From contig CAWBNQ010000003.1 in assembly GCA_963790205.1 (NCBI GenBank), forward strand, positions 960,001-1,024,000: DNA of 64,000 nucleotides, read 5' to 3'. Position 1 is the first letter of the stretch. Each line of letters opens with the position of its first letter. This document shows, in pieces, positions 39,047-49,159 of this stretch. The stretch is from Nitrospirota bacterium. GTDB lineage: Bacteria > Nitrospirota > UBA9217. The position numbers and the translations under genes were made by a program. The notes below the pieces were generated by a model, which searched no databases, was not told the DNA's origin, and saw nothing but the letters and a program-made list of their open reading frames with translations.

Positions 39047-40354
39047 ATGCGTTCATACGCTATTTTGCTCCATCTTGCTTTGCTGATACAAATTCCTCTC
39101 GCTGCTTACGGCGAGCCCCTTACTCTCAAGGAGTGCCTCACGGCGGCTTTAAGCAACAATCCGGCCGTGGCCGAAGCGCGGCTGAACGTGGCAGCCGGAG
39201 AACAGGGGATCGCGAGCGCCTCGGGAAAGCATTATCCCCGTCTTTCACTCAACGCGAACGTCACCGAGCTTGAATATCCCGTACCGTACATCCCGGCGCA
39301 ATCAGTGACGATAGCGCCCCACTTCAGCGACTACTATGCCTCGTGGGCAGCCCAGATGACCGTGCCCCTCTACCAAGGGGGGCAGATCGTGAACGGCGTT
39401 GACCTGGCGAAGGTCAGAAAGGACATCCAGGAACAGGGATTTTCCCTCACCCGTTACGAGCTCATCGCCAATACGGTGAATACCTACAACAAGATCCTTC
39501 AATTGCAAAAGCTCCGGGAAGCATCCCAGGCGTCGGTGAATGCCCTTGAGGAGCAGCACAAGAACGCGCAACTTCTCTTTAATGTGGGGAGGACCGCCCG
39601 CGTCGATCTTCTGAAAGTGGACGTGCAACTGGCCAACGAGCAGCAACGGCTCCTCACGGTGGACGAGGCGCTCAAGACCTTGTCGGCGACGCTTCGGTTC
39701 CTGATGGGTGAACAGTCTGATGCTTCTCCCGGGGTCCCGACGCTTGCCGACCCGCTCGCAATGCCTCCCGTAACAGCCGATTTTAACGACGGGCTGGCCG
39801 CGGCACGCGCCGGCAGGCCGGAGTACATGATCGCCCGCGCCGGCGTGGCGGAGGCTGAGTTGAGCAAAAAGATCGCTACTGGAAAAATGCTGCCTGCAGT
39901 GAATGCCTTTGCCGGGTACCTCGACCAGTACGGCTTCAACCCGAGGTTCGATGAGGGGAGCTGGTTTGTAGGAGCCACTCTAAGCATCCCACTTTTCGAC
40001 CGGTCACTTTACGCTGACCGCGCCCGCGAACGGATCCTGCAACTTCGCGCCGAGCAGCGGCTCAAGACCGTCGACAACCAACTGCGGCTCGATATTGAAA
40101 CGGCCTCTTCTTCCCTCGCGGACAGCAGGAGCCGTGTGACAACGGCCGAACGGGTCGTGGAGCAGGCCGACGAGTCATTCCGCATCGAGCAGGAGAGGTA
40201 CAGACTCGGCGCAGGCGCGATGGTGGACCTGCTTCTTGCTCAGGCGGCCGACGTGACAGCCGTTGCGAATTACACCCAGGCCCTTTACGACTATAACGCG
40301 GCCGTTGTCGCCTACCGAAAGGCGACCGGCACTTTGGAGGAATACCTCAAATGA
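39047..40354 (+). CDS. TolC family outer membrane efflux protein
   Basis: Signal peptide, LTL.ECL..AL.NNP, two OEP repeats (PLYQGG; SIPLFD) and ERYRLG....DLL.AQ. Confidence 0.92.
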   Translation: MRSYAILLHLALLIQIPLAAYGEPLTLKECLTAALSNNPAVAEARLNVAAGEQGIASASGKHYPRLSLNANVTELEYPVPYIPAQSVTIAPHFSDYYASWAAQMTVPLYQGGQIVNGVDLAKVRKDIQEQGFSLTRYELIANTVNTYNKILQLQKLREASQASVNALEEQHKNAQLLFNVGRTARVDLLKVDVQLANEQQRLLTVDEALKTLSATLRFLMGEQSDASPGVPTLADPLAMPPVTADFNDGLAAARAGRPEYMIARAGVAEAELSKKIATGKMLPAVNAFAGYLDQYGFNPRFDEGSWFVGATLSIPLFDRSLYADRARERILQLRAEQRLKTVDNQLRLDIETASSSLADSRSRVTTAERVVEQADESFRIEQERYRLGAGAMVDLLLAQAADVTAVANYTQALYDYNAAVVAYRKATGTLEEYLK

Positions 40355-41538
40355 AACGGAACATTCTCATAGCTGTTATCTGCATTGTGGCGATTGCCGG
40401 TGTAGCCATCGTCGCACTCAAGGCGCGAAAGATCGCGGCCCTGCCCAAACCTCAGGTCGTTCCTCCGGCCGTGCAGGCCGCCCTGGCAGTGAAGGGTTCG
40501 CTGGAGATAACGACCCACTATTTGGGAAGCATAGAGCCGTTTACCAGAAGCGATCTCTCCGCGCGCATATCGGGGAACATCGTGAGCATCTCCAAGCGGG
40601 AAGGGGACCTGGTCCGGCAGGGCGAGGAACTCATCGTTATCGACGACCGGGAACTGGTTGACCGCTCCACGGCAGTACAGTCCGAAGTGCTGGCAACTCA
40701 GCAGAAGCTGGCCGGAGCAAAAAGCGCCTACGAAACCCAGAAGTCCGTCTATGATCGGGACGTGGCCCTGCTGAAGATCGGGGCGATCTCCCAGGAGGCG
40801 CTGGAGCGGTCCCGCGCGACATTGGACGGCGTTAAGGCGACCGTGGAAGCCTACGAGGAAAGCATTAAGGGGCTCTCGATGAACAGCGCCGTGGCCCGGA
40901 CCCAGGCCGGCTATGCACACATCACCGCGCCCTTCACCGGCATCGTGTCCAAGCGGTGGGCCGATCCCGGAGATCTGGCAACGCCGGGAAAACCGCTTCT
41001 CACCATTGAGAAAACCTCGACCTATAAGGTCCTGGCCCAGGTGCCGCAGGAGGACCTGGCCGAAATACGCCGGGGTACACGCGTCTACTTGACGAGCGGC
41101 GAACGGAGCATCGAAGCAACGATCAACCGGGTCTACCCGGCGCTGGGCAAGAACATGCTGGCTACGGTGGAGGTGCTGACCAGGACATCGCCCTTCAATT
41201 TGCCCTCGGCTTCCACCGTCGGCTTTGACCTGGTCACGAGGCGGGTCAAGGGGCTGATCGTCCCGGACCAAGCCGTGGTGAAGACCGATAAGGGGACCTT
41301 TGTGTACCAGGTAAAAGACGGCCTGGTCCAGATCGTGCCGGTCACGCTTCTTGGCATGGGGAACGGCAAAGCGGCGATCAGCGGTGTGGAGCCCGGCGAT
41401 CAGGTAGCCGTGGCCCAGGAGAACAAACTCCTCACCCTGGCTGAAGGCAGCAAAGTCACCTTGCCGGCACAGGAGAAACCGGGGGTGTCAGCCCAAGGCG
41501 CCGAGAGCAAATCGGTTCCTGCCGGAGGCAAGCCATGA
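40351..41538 (+). CDS. RND efflux periplasmic adaptor subunit
   Basis: LSARISG.I....REGD.V..GE.L, ITAPFTGIV.....PGD and LIVPDQAVV. Confidence 0.92.
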   Translation: MKRNILIAVICIVAIAGVAIVALKARKIAALPKPQVVPPAVQAALAVKGSLEITTHYLGSIEPFTRSDLSARISGNIVSISKREGDLVRQGEELIVIDDRELVDRSTAVQSEVLATQQKLAGAKSAYETQKSVYDRDVALLKIGAISQEALERSRATLDGVKATVEAYEESIKGLSMNSAVARTQAGYAHITAPFTGIVSKRWADPGDLATPGKPLLTIEKTSTYKVLAQVPQEDLAEIRRGTRVYLTSGERSIEATINRVYPALGKNMLATVEVLTRTSPFNLPSASTVGFDLVTRRVKGLIVPDQAVVKTDKGTFVYQVKDGLVQIVPVTLLGMGNGKAAISGVEPGDQVAVAQENKLLTLAEGSKVTLPAQEKPGVSAQGAESKSVPAGGKP

Positions 41539-44500
41539 AATTCGTGGAGCGTTATATTCGCAAGCCTCACCTGGTGCTCTCCGTGGTGTTGCTTCTCTCC
41601 GTTGTGGGCATTATCGGGTACCAGCGGATGCCCTTCAACCTGTTCCCGGACACCGATCGCCCGCAGATCAGCGTGATCACGGTCATGCCGGGGGCCGCGG
41701 CCGACGACGTGGAGTCGGACATCACTCGGCCTGTTGAAAAAGAGCTTTCCACCCTCGACATGGTGCGGCGTGTCACCTCCACGTCCAAGGACGAGGTCTC
41801 TGTCGTCACCGCCGAGTTCGAGTATGATAAAGGGCTGGACGCCGCGGCCACCGACGTTGCCAACGCTCTGAGCAAGGTGAGCGCGCGGCTCCCGCAGGGG
41901 ATACGGCCGCCCCAGATCTTCAAGATCAGCCAGGCCACCCAGCCGACCATGACGCTTGCCCTTTCGCCCAAGCAGGGGTACCCCGTTGATCTCCGCAAGA
42001 TCCGTGAGCTGGCCGACAACCAGATCAAAGAGGAACTGCTGCGGCTTCCCAATGTGGCCAACGTGGAAGTCTTCGGCGCCAACCAGCCGGAGGTGGGGGT
42101 CTCGATCGACCAGGACCGGCTCAGCCGATTCGGGGTCGGCATGGGAGACGTGCTCGGGGCCCTGGCGGCCCAGAACCAGAACATTCCCCAGGGGCTCATT
42201 ATCCGCAAAGAAGGGCAGTATCTCTTCAAGACCGCCGGCGAGGTTAAAGAGCCGGAGGAGCTGAACGACCTGGTGATCAGCCGCAAGGAAGGGGGCACGG
42301 TCCATTTGCGGGACGTGGCGCGGATCACAGCCGGGGTCCAGGAGCCGCAGTCGGCCTATCACGGCAACGGCAAGGAGGCGATCGGGATCAACATCCTTCG
42401 GGCCCAGAACGGACACACCCTCGACGCTGTCCAGTCCGCAATGGCCGACATCCCCGCTCTCGAGAAAAAATATCCCTTTATCGACTTCGCGGTCAGCTAC
42501 ACGCAGAAGGACCTGATCGAGCGAAGCGTCGACAACATGCTGGGAGCGCTCCGGGACGCGATCATCATCACGGTCATCGTCATCTTCCTGTTCCTCGGCA
42601 ACCTGCGGACGATGTTTCTCTGCGCCATCTCTATCCCCTTCACCTATCTCATCACTTTTGCCGTGATGTGGCTCTTTGGCTTCGAGTTCCATATGGTCAC
42701 CCTCACCGGAGTGATCCTGGCGGTGGGGATGCTGCTGGACGACGCCATTGTCGTGATCGAAAATATAGAACGTCACTACCGCGAATCCAGCAAGGACCTG
42801 GTCGAACTGGTGGCGGGAGGGACCGAGGAGGTCATGCTCGCCATCTTCTCGGGCACCTATGCCACGGTGGTCGTGCTGGTGCCGATCATCTTCATCGGCG
42901 GCTATGTCCAGACCGTGCTCCGTCCCCTGTCGCTTTCGCTCACCATCGCCCTGATCGCGTCCTACGTCGTTTCGGTCACCATCATCCCGATCCTGGCGCC
43001 GTACATCCTGAAGAAGGAGGCGAGGGAAAACCGGTTCGAGGCATTTATCAAACAGGGGAGCGACCGCTTCGTCGGCGCCATCCGTGACTTCTTCGGCAAC
43101 TCCCTCAACTTCGCCCTGCAGCACCGCGCCGGCTTCGTCGTCGCGGCGTTCGTGCTCCTCGTGATAAGCGGCAAGTTCGTCAAGCCGCTGATCGGCCAGG
43201 ACGTCATGCCCCCCATGGACACCGGCATCGTCAAGATCAACTTCGAGGCGGACAGCAATTCGTCGCTGGCCCAGACCAACGCCATTCTCGCCCGGATGGA
43301 GGAGATCATCAAGGGCGAAGAGGGGGTGGTCGCAATCAGCTCCACGCTCGGCTCGGAGCCGTCAGTGGTCTCCTTCGGCAGTGGAAAGAATCCCCAACAG
43401 GGGAACATCACCATCAACCTCGTGGACCGGTTCCACCGTAAACAGACCATGTGGCAGATCGAGGGCGACATGCAACGCAAGTTCCTGGCCATCCCCGGCA
43501 TGAAGTCGGTGGATGTCTTCGACTACGGCGCCACGCCGCTCTCCTCCATTCGCTCCACGGTGGACGTGATGGTGAGCGGCCCCGATCCCCGGGTGCTCGC
43601 CGGCATCGGCCGGGACATCGAACACCGGCTTGAGAACGTGCGGGGGCTGAAGTCGGTCTCCCTTTCCTGGACCGCTGACAAGAAGGAGGTCAACTTCATC
43701 GCCAGCCGGGAAAAGTGCGCCCTCTACGGCATCTCTCCCAAGGACATCGCTTCGCAGGTCCAGGCCTCGGTTCAGGGAGGACCGGCCTCGATCTTCCGGA
43801 TCGCCGGCGAGGACGGCTTCCTCATCCGCGCCAGGTACGAAGCCGCGGACCGGGACAGCATCGCCCGCATGGCAGCGCTTAAGGTACGGACTCCGCTGGG
43901 CCAGGTGCCGCTGTCGGCCCTCGGGACCACCACGACTTCCTACGTCCCGATGCTCCTGACACGGCAGAGCATGCAGAATACGATCGACGTCTTCGGCTAC
44001 CGCGAGAAAGCCGCGGTCTCCCATATCATGGATAACGTGAAGAGCGCGCTGGAGGGGCTGAAACTCCCGACGGGGTACAGCATCTCCCAGGAAGGGGATG
44101 CCAAACAGGCCGCGGAGTCGTTCTCGGCCCTCATGGCGGCTTTGATGATCGGGATGGTGCTGCTTTACTTCTCCCTGGTCCCGGCCTTCAAGTCCTTCGT
44201 CCACCCGCTCACGATCATGGTCGCCATACCCCTTGCCCTGATCGGAGCGCTCTGGTCCATGCTGATCACCGGAAAGCACCAGTCCATGGGCTCGTTCATG
44301 GGGCTGATCCTCCTGGCCGGGATCGTGGTGAAGAACTCGATCCTGCTGATCGACTTTATCGAGATGGCCAAGGAGCAGGGAATGTCCACCTTCGACGCGC
44401 TGCGCGAGAGCGTGCGGGTCAGGACCCGTCCGATCCTGATGACCGCCTTCGGCACGGCGGTCGGTATGGTGCCCATCGCCATGGAGTGGGCCATCGGCCT

Positions 44501-44696
44501 GGAGCGGCTGTCGCCTCTTGCGGTCGTGGCCATCGGGGGGCTGATGGTCTCGACCTTCCTGACGCTGTTGTATGTGCCGATCTTCTACACAATTTTCGAG
44601 GACGTGGTCGCCTGGCTTGCGCGGATGAAGTCGAAAATAGGTTCACGCGGGAAAGTGACGGCGTCATTGGACAACGCACCGGACCGGGCATCATAA
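41535..44696 (+). CDS. RND efflux permease (AcrB/AcrD/AcrF family)
   Basis: 1053 aa; GMLLDDAIVVIENI, GIVVKNSILLIDF, RTRPILMTA and GGLMVSTFLTL.YVP. Confidence 0.95.
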   Translation: MKFVERYIRKPHLVLSVVLLLSVVGIIGYQRMPFNLFPDTDRPQISVITVMPGAAADDVESDITRPVEKELSTLDMVRRVTSTSKDEVSVVTAEFEYDKGLDAAATDVANALSKVSARLPQGIRPPQIFKISQATQPTMTLALSPKQGYPVDLRKIRELADNQIKEELLRLPNVANVEVFGANQPEVGVSIDQDRLSRFGVGMGDVLGALAAQNQNIPQGLIIRKEGQYLFKTAGEVKEPEELNDLVISRKEGGTVHLRDVARITAGVQEPQSAYHGNGKEAIGINILRAQNGHTLDAVQSAMADIPALEKKYPFIDFAVSYTQKDLIERSVDNMLGALRDAIIITVIVIFLFLGNLRTMFLCAISIPFTYLITFAVMWLFGFEFHMVTLTGVILAVGMLLDDAIVVIENIERHYRESSKDLVELVAGGTEEVMLAIFSGTYATVVVLVPIIFIGGYVQTVLRPLSLSLTIALIASYVVSVTIIPILAPYILKKEARENRFEAFIKQGSDRFVGAIRDFFGNSLNFALQHRAGFVVAAFVLLVISGKFVKPLIGQDVMPPMDTGIVKINFEADSNSSLAQTNAILARMEEIIKGEEGVVAISSTLGSEPSVVSFGSGKNPQQGNITINLVDRFHRKQTMWQIEGDMQRKFLAIPGMKSVDVFDYGATPLSSIRSTVDVMVSGPDPRVLAGIGRDIEHRLENVRGLKSVSLSWTADKKEVNFIASREKCALYGISPKDIASQVQASVQGGPASIFRIAGEDGFLIRARYEAADRDSIARMAALKVRTPLGQVPLSALGTTTTSYVPMLLTRQSMQNTIDVFGYREKAAVSHIMDNVKSALEGLKLPTGYSISQEGDAKQAAESFSALMAALMIGMVLLYFSLVPAFKSFVHPLTIMVAIPLALIGALWSMLITGKHQSMGSFMGLILLAGIVVKNSILLIDFIEMAKEQGMSTFDALRESVRVRTRPILMTAFGTAVGMVPIAMEWAIGLERLSPLAVVAIGGLMVSTFLTLLYVPIFYTIFEDVVAWLARMKSKIGSRGKVTASLDNAPDRAS

Positions 44697-44747
44697 GGAA
44701 AAGGATGTGTCAAATTAAAAAAGAAAGCAAAGTCAGAGGGTTTAATC

Positions 44748-46373
44748 ATGCGAAAGTCATTTGCGGTAATGGGAGCGGCATTTTTCTTAGCGGCGATCAT
44801 GTCGTATCCTGCCGCGGCGAAGGATATGTCGCCAACGTCAGCCCCTCAGATCTCGGGCGCACTGTCCGGCGGCTCGGCCGATCACTTGAAATTCAAGGAC
44901 CTTAAAAAAAAGTTTACATCCGGTCCGGAAGTGACAAAGGCCTGCTTGAGCTGCCACACGGAAGCAGGCAAACAATTCATCAAGAACATACACTGGACGT
45001 GGACCTACAAGGACCCGGAAACCGGCCAGACCCTGGGCAAGCGATATCTCGTCAACAACTTCTGCACCAATGCCCGGGGGAACGAGGGCATGTGCGCCGA
45101 GTGCCATCCCAGTTACGGGTATAAAGACGATCACTTCGATTTTAAAGACCAGACGAAGATCGACTGCCTTGTTTGCCACGATACGACTGGCACCTATTAT
45201 AAATTGCCGCCCACGAAAGGGAATGCGGCCTGCGCCATACTGTCAGAGGCAAAAAAGCCGATTGATTTAAACAACGTGGCCCGGCATGTAGGGCTGCCGA
45301 AACGGCGGAATTGCGGGTCCTGCCATTTCTACGGCGGCGGAGGAGACAATGTGAAGCACGGCGATCTTTCTTCCGTACTGAACGACCCGCCAAAGTCCAT
45401 TGACGTGCATATGGCGAAAGACGGGCTCAACCTGTCCTGCACCGCCTGCCATGTAACGAAGAATCATCTATGGACGGGCAGCCGCTACGCGGTGCATGCC
45501 AAAGACACGAAGGGAATCGGCAAGGCAGGTCTTCGCCGGTATGTGACGACCTGTGAGGCCTGCCACGGGACCTATCCGCATAACAATCTTTCCTTGAAAG
45601 GTCTCAAGCTGAACAGCCACGTGGATAAAGTTGCCTGCGAGACCTGCCACATTCCCGCGTTCGCGCGGGGCGGCGTCGCCACCAAGACGGACTGGGACTG
45701 GAGCACCGCGGGCAGGACGAAGAACGGCAAAGGCTACACGATCGAAGAGTATGTCCAGGGCAATGGAGAAAAGCGTGAAACCTACTGGTCCATCAAGGGC
45801 ACTTTCAAGTACGCGGAAAACGTCGTGCCGTACTATGCGTGGTTCGACGGTCAGATGCACTATATCACCATCGACACGAAGTTCGACCCTTCGAAACAGC
45901 CGATTGAGATCAACTACTTCAAAGGCTCCTACAGCGATCCGAAATCGCGCATCTGGCCGTTCAAGCGCATGCATACAAAGCAGCAATATGACAAGGTTAA
46001 TAACACGCTCGTCTACACCCATCTCTGGGGCACCGATGACGCGGCTTTCTGGGGAAATTTCAATATGAAGAAAGCGATCGCCTACGGGATGAAGGAGTTC
46101 AACAAGCCCTATAGCGGACAATTCGGCTTTATCGAGACCTATTCTTACTGGCCGATCACCCATATGGTGGCTCCTAAAAAAGATGCGCTTACCTGCGGGG
46201 AATGTCACGCGCGGGAAGGCCGGTTGAAAAATGTCAACGGCTTTTATTTGCCCGGCCGGGACTACAACAGGTGGGTTGACGGTTTCGGACTGTTCCTTGT
46301 CTTCGCAACATTCCTCGGCGTGCTGGTTCATGCCGCTGTCCGTGGTTTCCTGGCCAAGAGGAGGAGAAAATAA
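44748..46373 (+). CDS. otr: octaheme tetrathionate reductase-family cytochrome c
   Basis: Signal peptide; eight CxxCH motifs counted; HWTW, LGK...VNNFC, GGGGDNVKHGDL and THMVAPK; C-terminal TM helix. Confidence 0.9.
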   Translation: MRKSFAVMGAAFFLAAIMSYPAAAKDMSPTSAPQISGALSGGSADHLKFKDLKKKFTSGPEVTKACLSCHTEAGKQFIKNIHWTWTYKDPETGQTLGKRYLVNNFCTNARGNEGMCAECHPSYGYKDDHFDFKDQTKIDCLVCHDTTGTYYKLPPTKGNAACAILSEAKKPIDLNNVARHVGLPKRRNCGSCHFYGGGGDNVKHGDLSSVLNDPPKSIDVHMAKDGLNLSCTACHVTKNHLWTGSRYAVHAKDTKGIGKAGLRRYVTTCEACHGTYPHNNLSLKGLKLNSHVDKVACETCHIPAFARGGVATKTDWDWSTAGRTKNGKGYTIEEYVQGNGEKRETYWSIKGTFKYAENVVPYYAWFDGQMHYITIDTKFDPSKQPIEINYFKGSYSDPKSRIWPFKRMHTKQQYDKVNNTLVYTHLWGTDDAAFWGNFNMKKAIAYGMKEFNKPYSGQFGFIETYSYWPITHMVAPKKDALTCGECHAREGRLKNVNGFYLPGRDYNRWVDGFGLFLVFATFLGVLVHAAVRGFLAKRRRK

Positions 46374-47026
46374 TGAGTACGCGAAAAGTAATGATCTACA
46401 GCCGTTTCGAGCGGTTCTGGCACTGGACGCAGATGGCGCTGATCGTGACGCTGCTCTTTACCGGGTTCGGCATCCACGGCTTTCATCACCTGATCAGCGT
46501 TGAACTCGCCGACAGGATCCATACTTACAGCGCCCTGGGGGTCATGGTCCTGTGGTTGTTCGCCATTTCCTGGATCCTGACCACGGGCGTCTGGAAACAG
46601 TTCCTGCCGACCAGCCGGGGTCTCTGGCGCGTGGTCCGGTTTTATTCCTACGGCATCTTCAAGGGCGAATCGCATCCCTTCAAAAAGGCCTATAAGCGCA
46701 AGCTCAATCCTCTGCAGGCCCTGACCTATCTGTCGCTCAAGCTGGTGCTGTTCCCGGCGATCTGGCTATCGGGGGTTGCTTATCTGACATATGGGTTATG
46801 GGAGCGCTTCACATCCTCGGGCACACCGTTCGCGGCCGTTGCTTTAATCCATACTGCCGCGGCTTTCGCCATCGTGGCATTCGTAACCATTCATGTCTAT
46901 ATGCTCACGACGGGACATTCATTCATAGGGCATGTCATGCCCATGATAACCGGTTTCGACGAGGTGGACCTTTCGCCTGCTGAAGAGGCCTATCTGAAAT
47001 CCGATGAACCGGGCCATATCCGGTGA
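46373..47026 (+). CDS. cytochrome b subunit (PhsC/FdnI-like)
   Basis: RFERFWHW, IH, K.NPLQ.L.Y, IHTAAA...IHVY and MITG; start overlaps the otr stop. Confidence 0.9.
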   Translation: MSTRKVMIYSRFERFWHWTQMALIVTLLFTGFGIHGFHHLISVELADRIHTYSALGVMVLWLFAISWILTTGVWKQFLPTSRGLWRVVRFYSYGIFKGESHPFKKAYKRKLNPLQALTYLSLKLVLFPAIWLSGVAYLTYGLWERFTSSGTPFAAVALIHTAAAFAIVAFVTIHVYMLTTGHSFIGHVMPMITGFDEVDLSPAEEAYLKSDEPGHIR

Positions 47027-47083
47027 GGCGGGATGTGCCCATATAACAATCAGATTTTTACGAATATAGCTCGAAAGGACACC

Positions 47084-47989
47084 ATGGACGATAAATCACA
47101 AAAAAGGCTGTTCCTGAGTCTGCTCGTAACAATTGTCATACTTATCGCCGAAGTAGTCGGCGGGATCATGAGCCACAGTCTTGCCCTCCTGAGCGATGCG
47201 GGGCATGTGCTCACCGATGCCTTCGCGCTCGGCCTGAGCCTTGTTGCGCTCCTGATCATGAAACGGCCTTCCGACCACCGGGCGACCTACGGGTACCAGA
47301 GGATCGGCCTGATTGCGGCCTTGATCAACGGTGTGAGTCTTGTGGTCATAGCCCTGTTCATCTTTATTGAGGCTTATAAACGCTTCAGTTCTCCTCCCGA
47401 AATAAACACCTCGGTCATGCTGTCAATCGCCACGGCCGGCCTTCTCGGCAATCTCATCATGGCATGGATTCTCGGGCATAAGCATGATGATCTGAACATG
47501 AAAAGCGTCTGGCTCCACGTGCTCGGCGATACCATATCGTCGGTCGGCGTCATTGTTGCCGGGCTGGTCATTAAACTTACGGGCTGGGTGCTTGCCGATA
47601 CCATAGCCAGCGGTATTGTCGGCGTTATGATCATTATCGGCGGGAGCCGGGTTATCAAGGAAACTCTCTGGATACTGCTCGAACTCAGTCCCGTAGGATT
47701 TCATGCGGAGGACATCTCGGCAAAAATCGCGGGGATTCCGGAGGTGCGGAGTATTCATGACGTGCATATATGGTCAATTGGGCACGGCATACCGGCCTTT
47801 TCCGGGCATGTTCAGGTTCCTGACCAGAAGATCAGCGAGACGGATGCCATAAGAAAGAAAATCGAACGCTTGCTTGTTGATCAAGGGATAAAACATGCAG
47901 TAATACAAATGGAATGCGCGGACTGCTGCAACAATGACCTCTATTGCAATGTGAACACTGAAAATGGCCTGGCAGATCATCTGCATTAG
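47084..47989 (+). CDS. cation diffusion facilitator (ZitB/CzcD-like)
   Basis: SLALLSDAGHVLTD, TYGYQR, LNMKS.WLHVLGD, IHDVHIWSI and H..IQ.E. Confidence 0.93.
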   Translation: MDDKSQKRLFLSLLVTIVILIAEVVGGIMSHSLALLSDAGHVLTDAFALGLSLVALLIMKRPSDHRATYGYQRIGLIAALINGVSLVVIALFIFIEAYKRFSSPPEINTSVMLSIATAGLLGNLIMAWILGHKHDDLNMKSVWLHVLGDTISSVGVIVAGLVIKLTGWVLADTIASGIVGVMIIIGGSRVIKETLWILLELSPVGFHAEDISAKIAGIPEVRSIHDVHIWSIGHGIPAFSGHVQVPDQKISETDAIRKKIERLLVDQGIKHAVIQMECADCCNNDLYCNVNTENGLADHLH

Positions 47990-48016
47990 TATAAATGCGA
48001 ACGAAACGGGGACATC

Positions 48017-48421
48017 ATGAAAATAGAATTTGAGCCGATAGGTTTCGTGAAAACCGATGTTGAGAAGGTCCCGAGGCACTGGACTGTTTCCGAAGCGGAA
48101 GGAGTGATAGTTGTCAACGAAGAGTATGCCGCAGGGCTCAAGGACATCAAAGCTGGGCAGCGCATCGTCGTGCTTTTCTATTTTCACGAAAGCCAGCAGT
48201 TCACTCCGCAATTTCTGGTGCAAACGCCTCCGCACTGCGACGAGCCGTTGGGTGTGTTCAGCATCTGTTCGCCGGTCAGGCCGAATCCCATCGGCATGTC
48301 GGTTGTGGAAGTCCTCGGCGTCGAAGGCCGCGCCATCCGCATCAAAGGGCTGGACATGCGGGACGGGACGCCTGTCCTTGACATTAAGCCGGTGACGGAA
48401 ACGGGGACGCCGCGCCGGTGA
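48017..48421 (+). CDS. TsaA/TrmO-like SAM-binding protein (single domain)
   Basis: PIGFV, GVFSICSPVRPNPIGMSVV and GLDMRDGTPVLDIKP. Confidence 0.88.
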   Translation: MKIEFEPIGFVKTDVEKVPRHWTVSEAEGVIVVNEEYAAGLKDIKAGQRIVVLFYFHESQQFTPQFLVQTPPHCDEPLGVFSICSPVRPNPIGMSVVEVLGVEGRAIRIKGLDMRDGTPVLDIKPVTETGTPRR

Positions 48422-48442
48422 TCGTGGAGGTTATCGAAAAAC

Positions 48443-49159
48443 ATGCCGCTGATTGAGATTACCCGGCTCGCCTTTCATGCGGGCGATAAAACAATACTCG
48501 ACGGGATCTCCCTCGCCATGGAGGCGTCGGAGGTCCATGCCCTTCTCGGCACAAACGGGACCGGCAAGAGCACCCTCGCCTGTCTCATTATGGGCTGCGG
48601 GGGGCGGCGGCCGACATCAGGGAACATAGTGTTTGACGACAAGGTCATCAACGACTTAAATATCCATGAACGGGCCCAGCTCGGGATCACCATGGCATGG
48701 CAAGAACCTGCGAGATTCGAGGGTATATCGGTCAGGGACTATCTGACCATCAAGAATAAAGATAGAGATCCGTCATCTTGCCTTGAGATGGTCGGACTTC
48801 ATCCGGAGCTTTACCTTCACAGAATGGTTGATAAGTCCCTGAGCGGAGGAGAGAGGAAGAGAATCGAGCTTGCGTCCCTGCTGGCGATGAATCCGCGGCT
48901 CGCAATCCTTGACGAGCCCGATTCGGGAATCGACATGCTTTCAACGCAAGACATCATCAATGTGATACAAGCTTTCAAGCAAGCGGGGTCTTCAGTCCTG
49001 CTCATTACCCATAGGGAGGAAGTGGCTCTTATCGCCGACCGGGCCTCGCAGGTATGCAAAGGGAAGATCGTCTGTTCCGGCAATCCGGAGAAGGTCGCCG
49101 AATACTACAAAACAAGAAAATGTCTTGTCTGCGACGGGGAGCGCTGCGTCTATGTCTGA
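48443..49159 (+). CDS. sufC: SufC-like ABC ATPase (SmsC-type)
   Basis: GTNGTGKST, AWQEPARFEG, LSGGERKRIELAS, LDEPDSGID and C-terminal CLVCDGERC. Confidence 0.8.
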   Translation: MPLIEITRLAFHAGDKTILDGISLAMEASEVHALLGTNGTGKSTLACLIMGCGGRRPTSGNIVFDDKVINDLNIHERAQLGITMAWQEPARFEGISVRDYLTIKNKDRDPSSCLEMVGLHPELYLHRMVDKSLSGGERKRIELASLLAMNPRLAILDEPDSGIDMLSTQDIINVIQAFKQAGSSVLLITHREEVALIADRASQVCKGKIVCSGNPEKVAEYYKTRKCLVCDGERCVYV

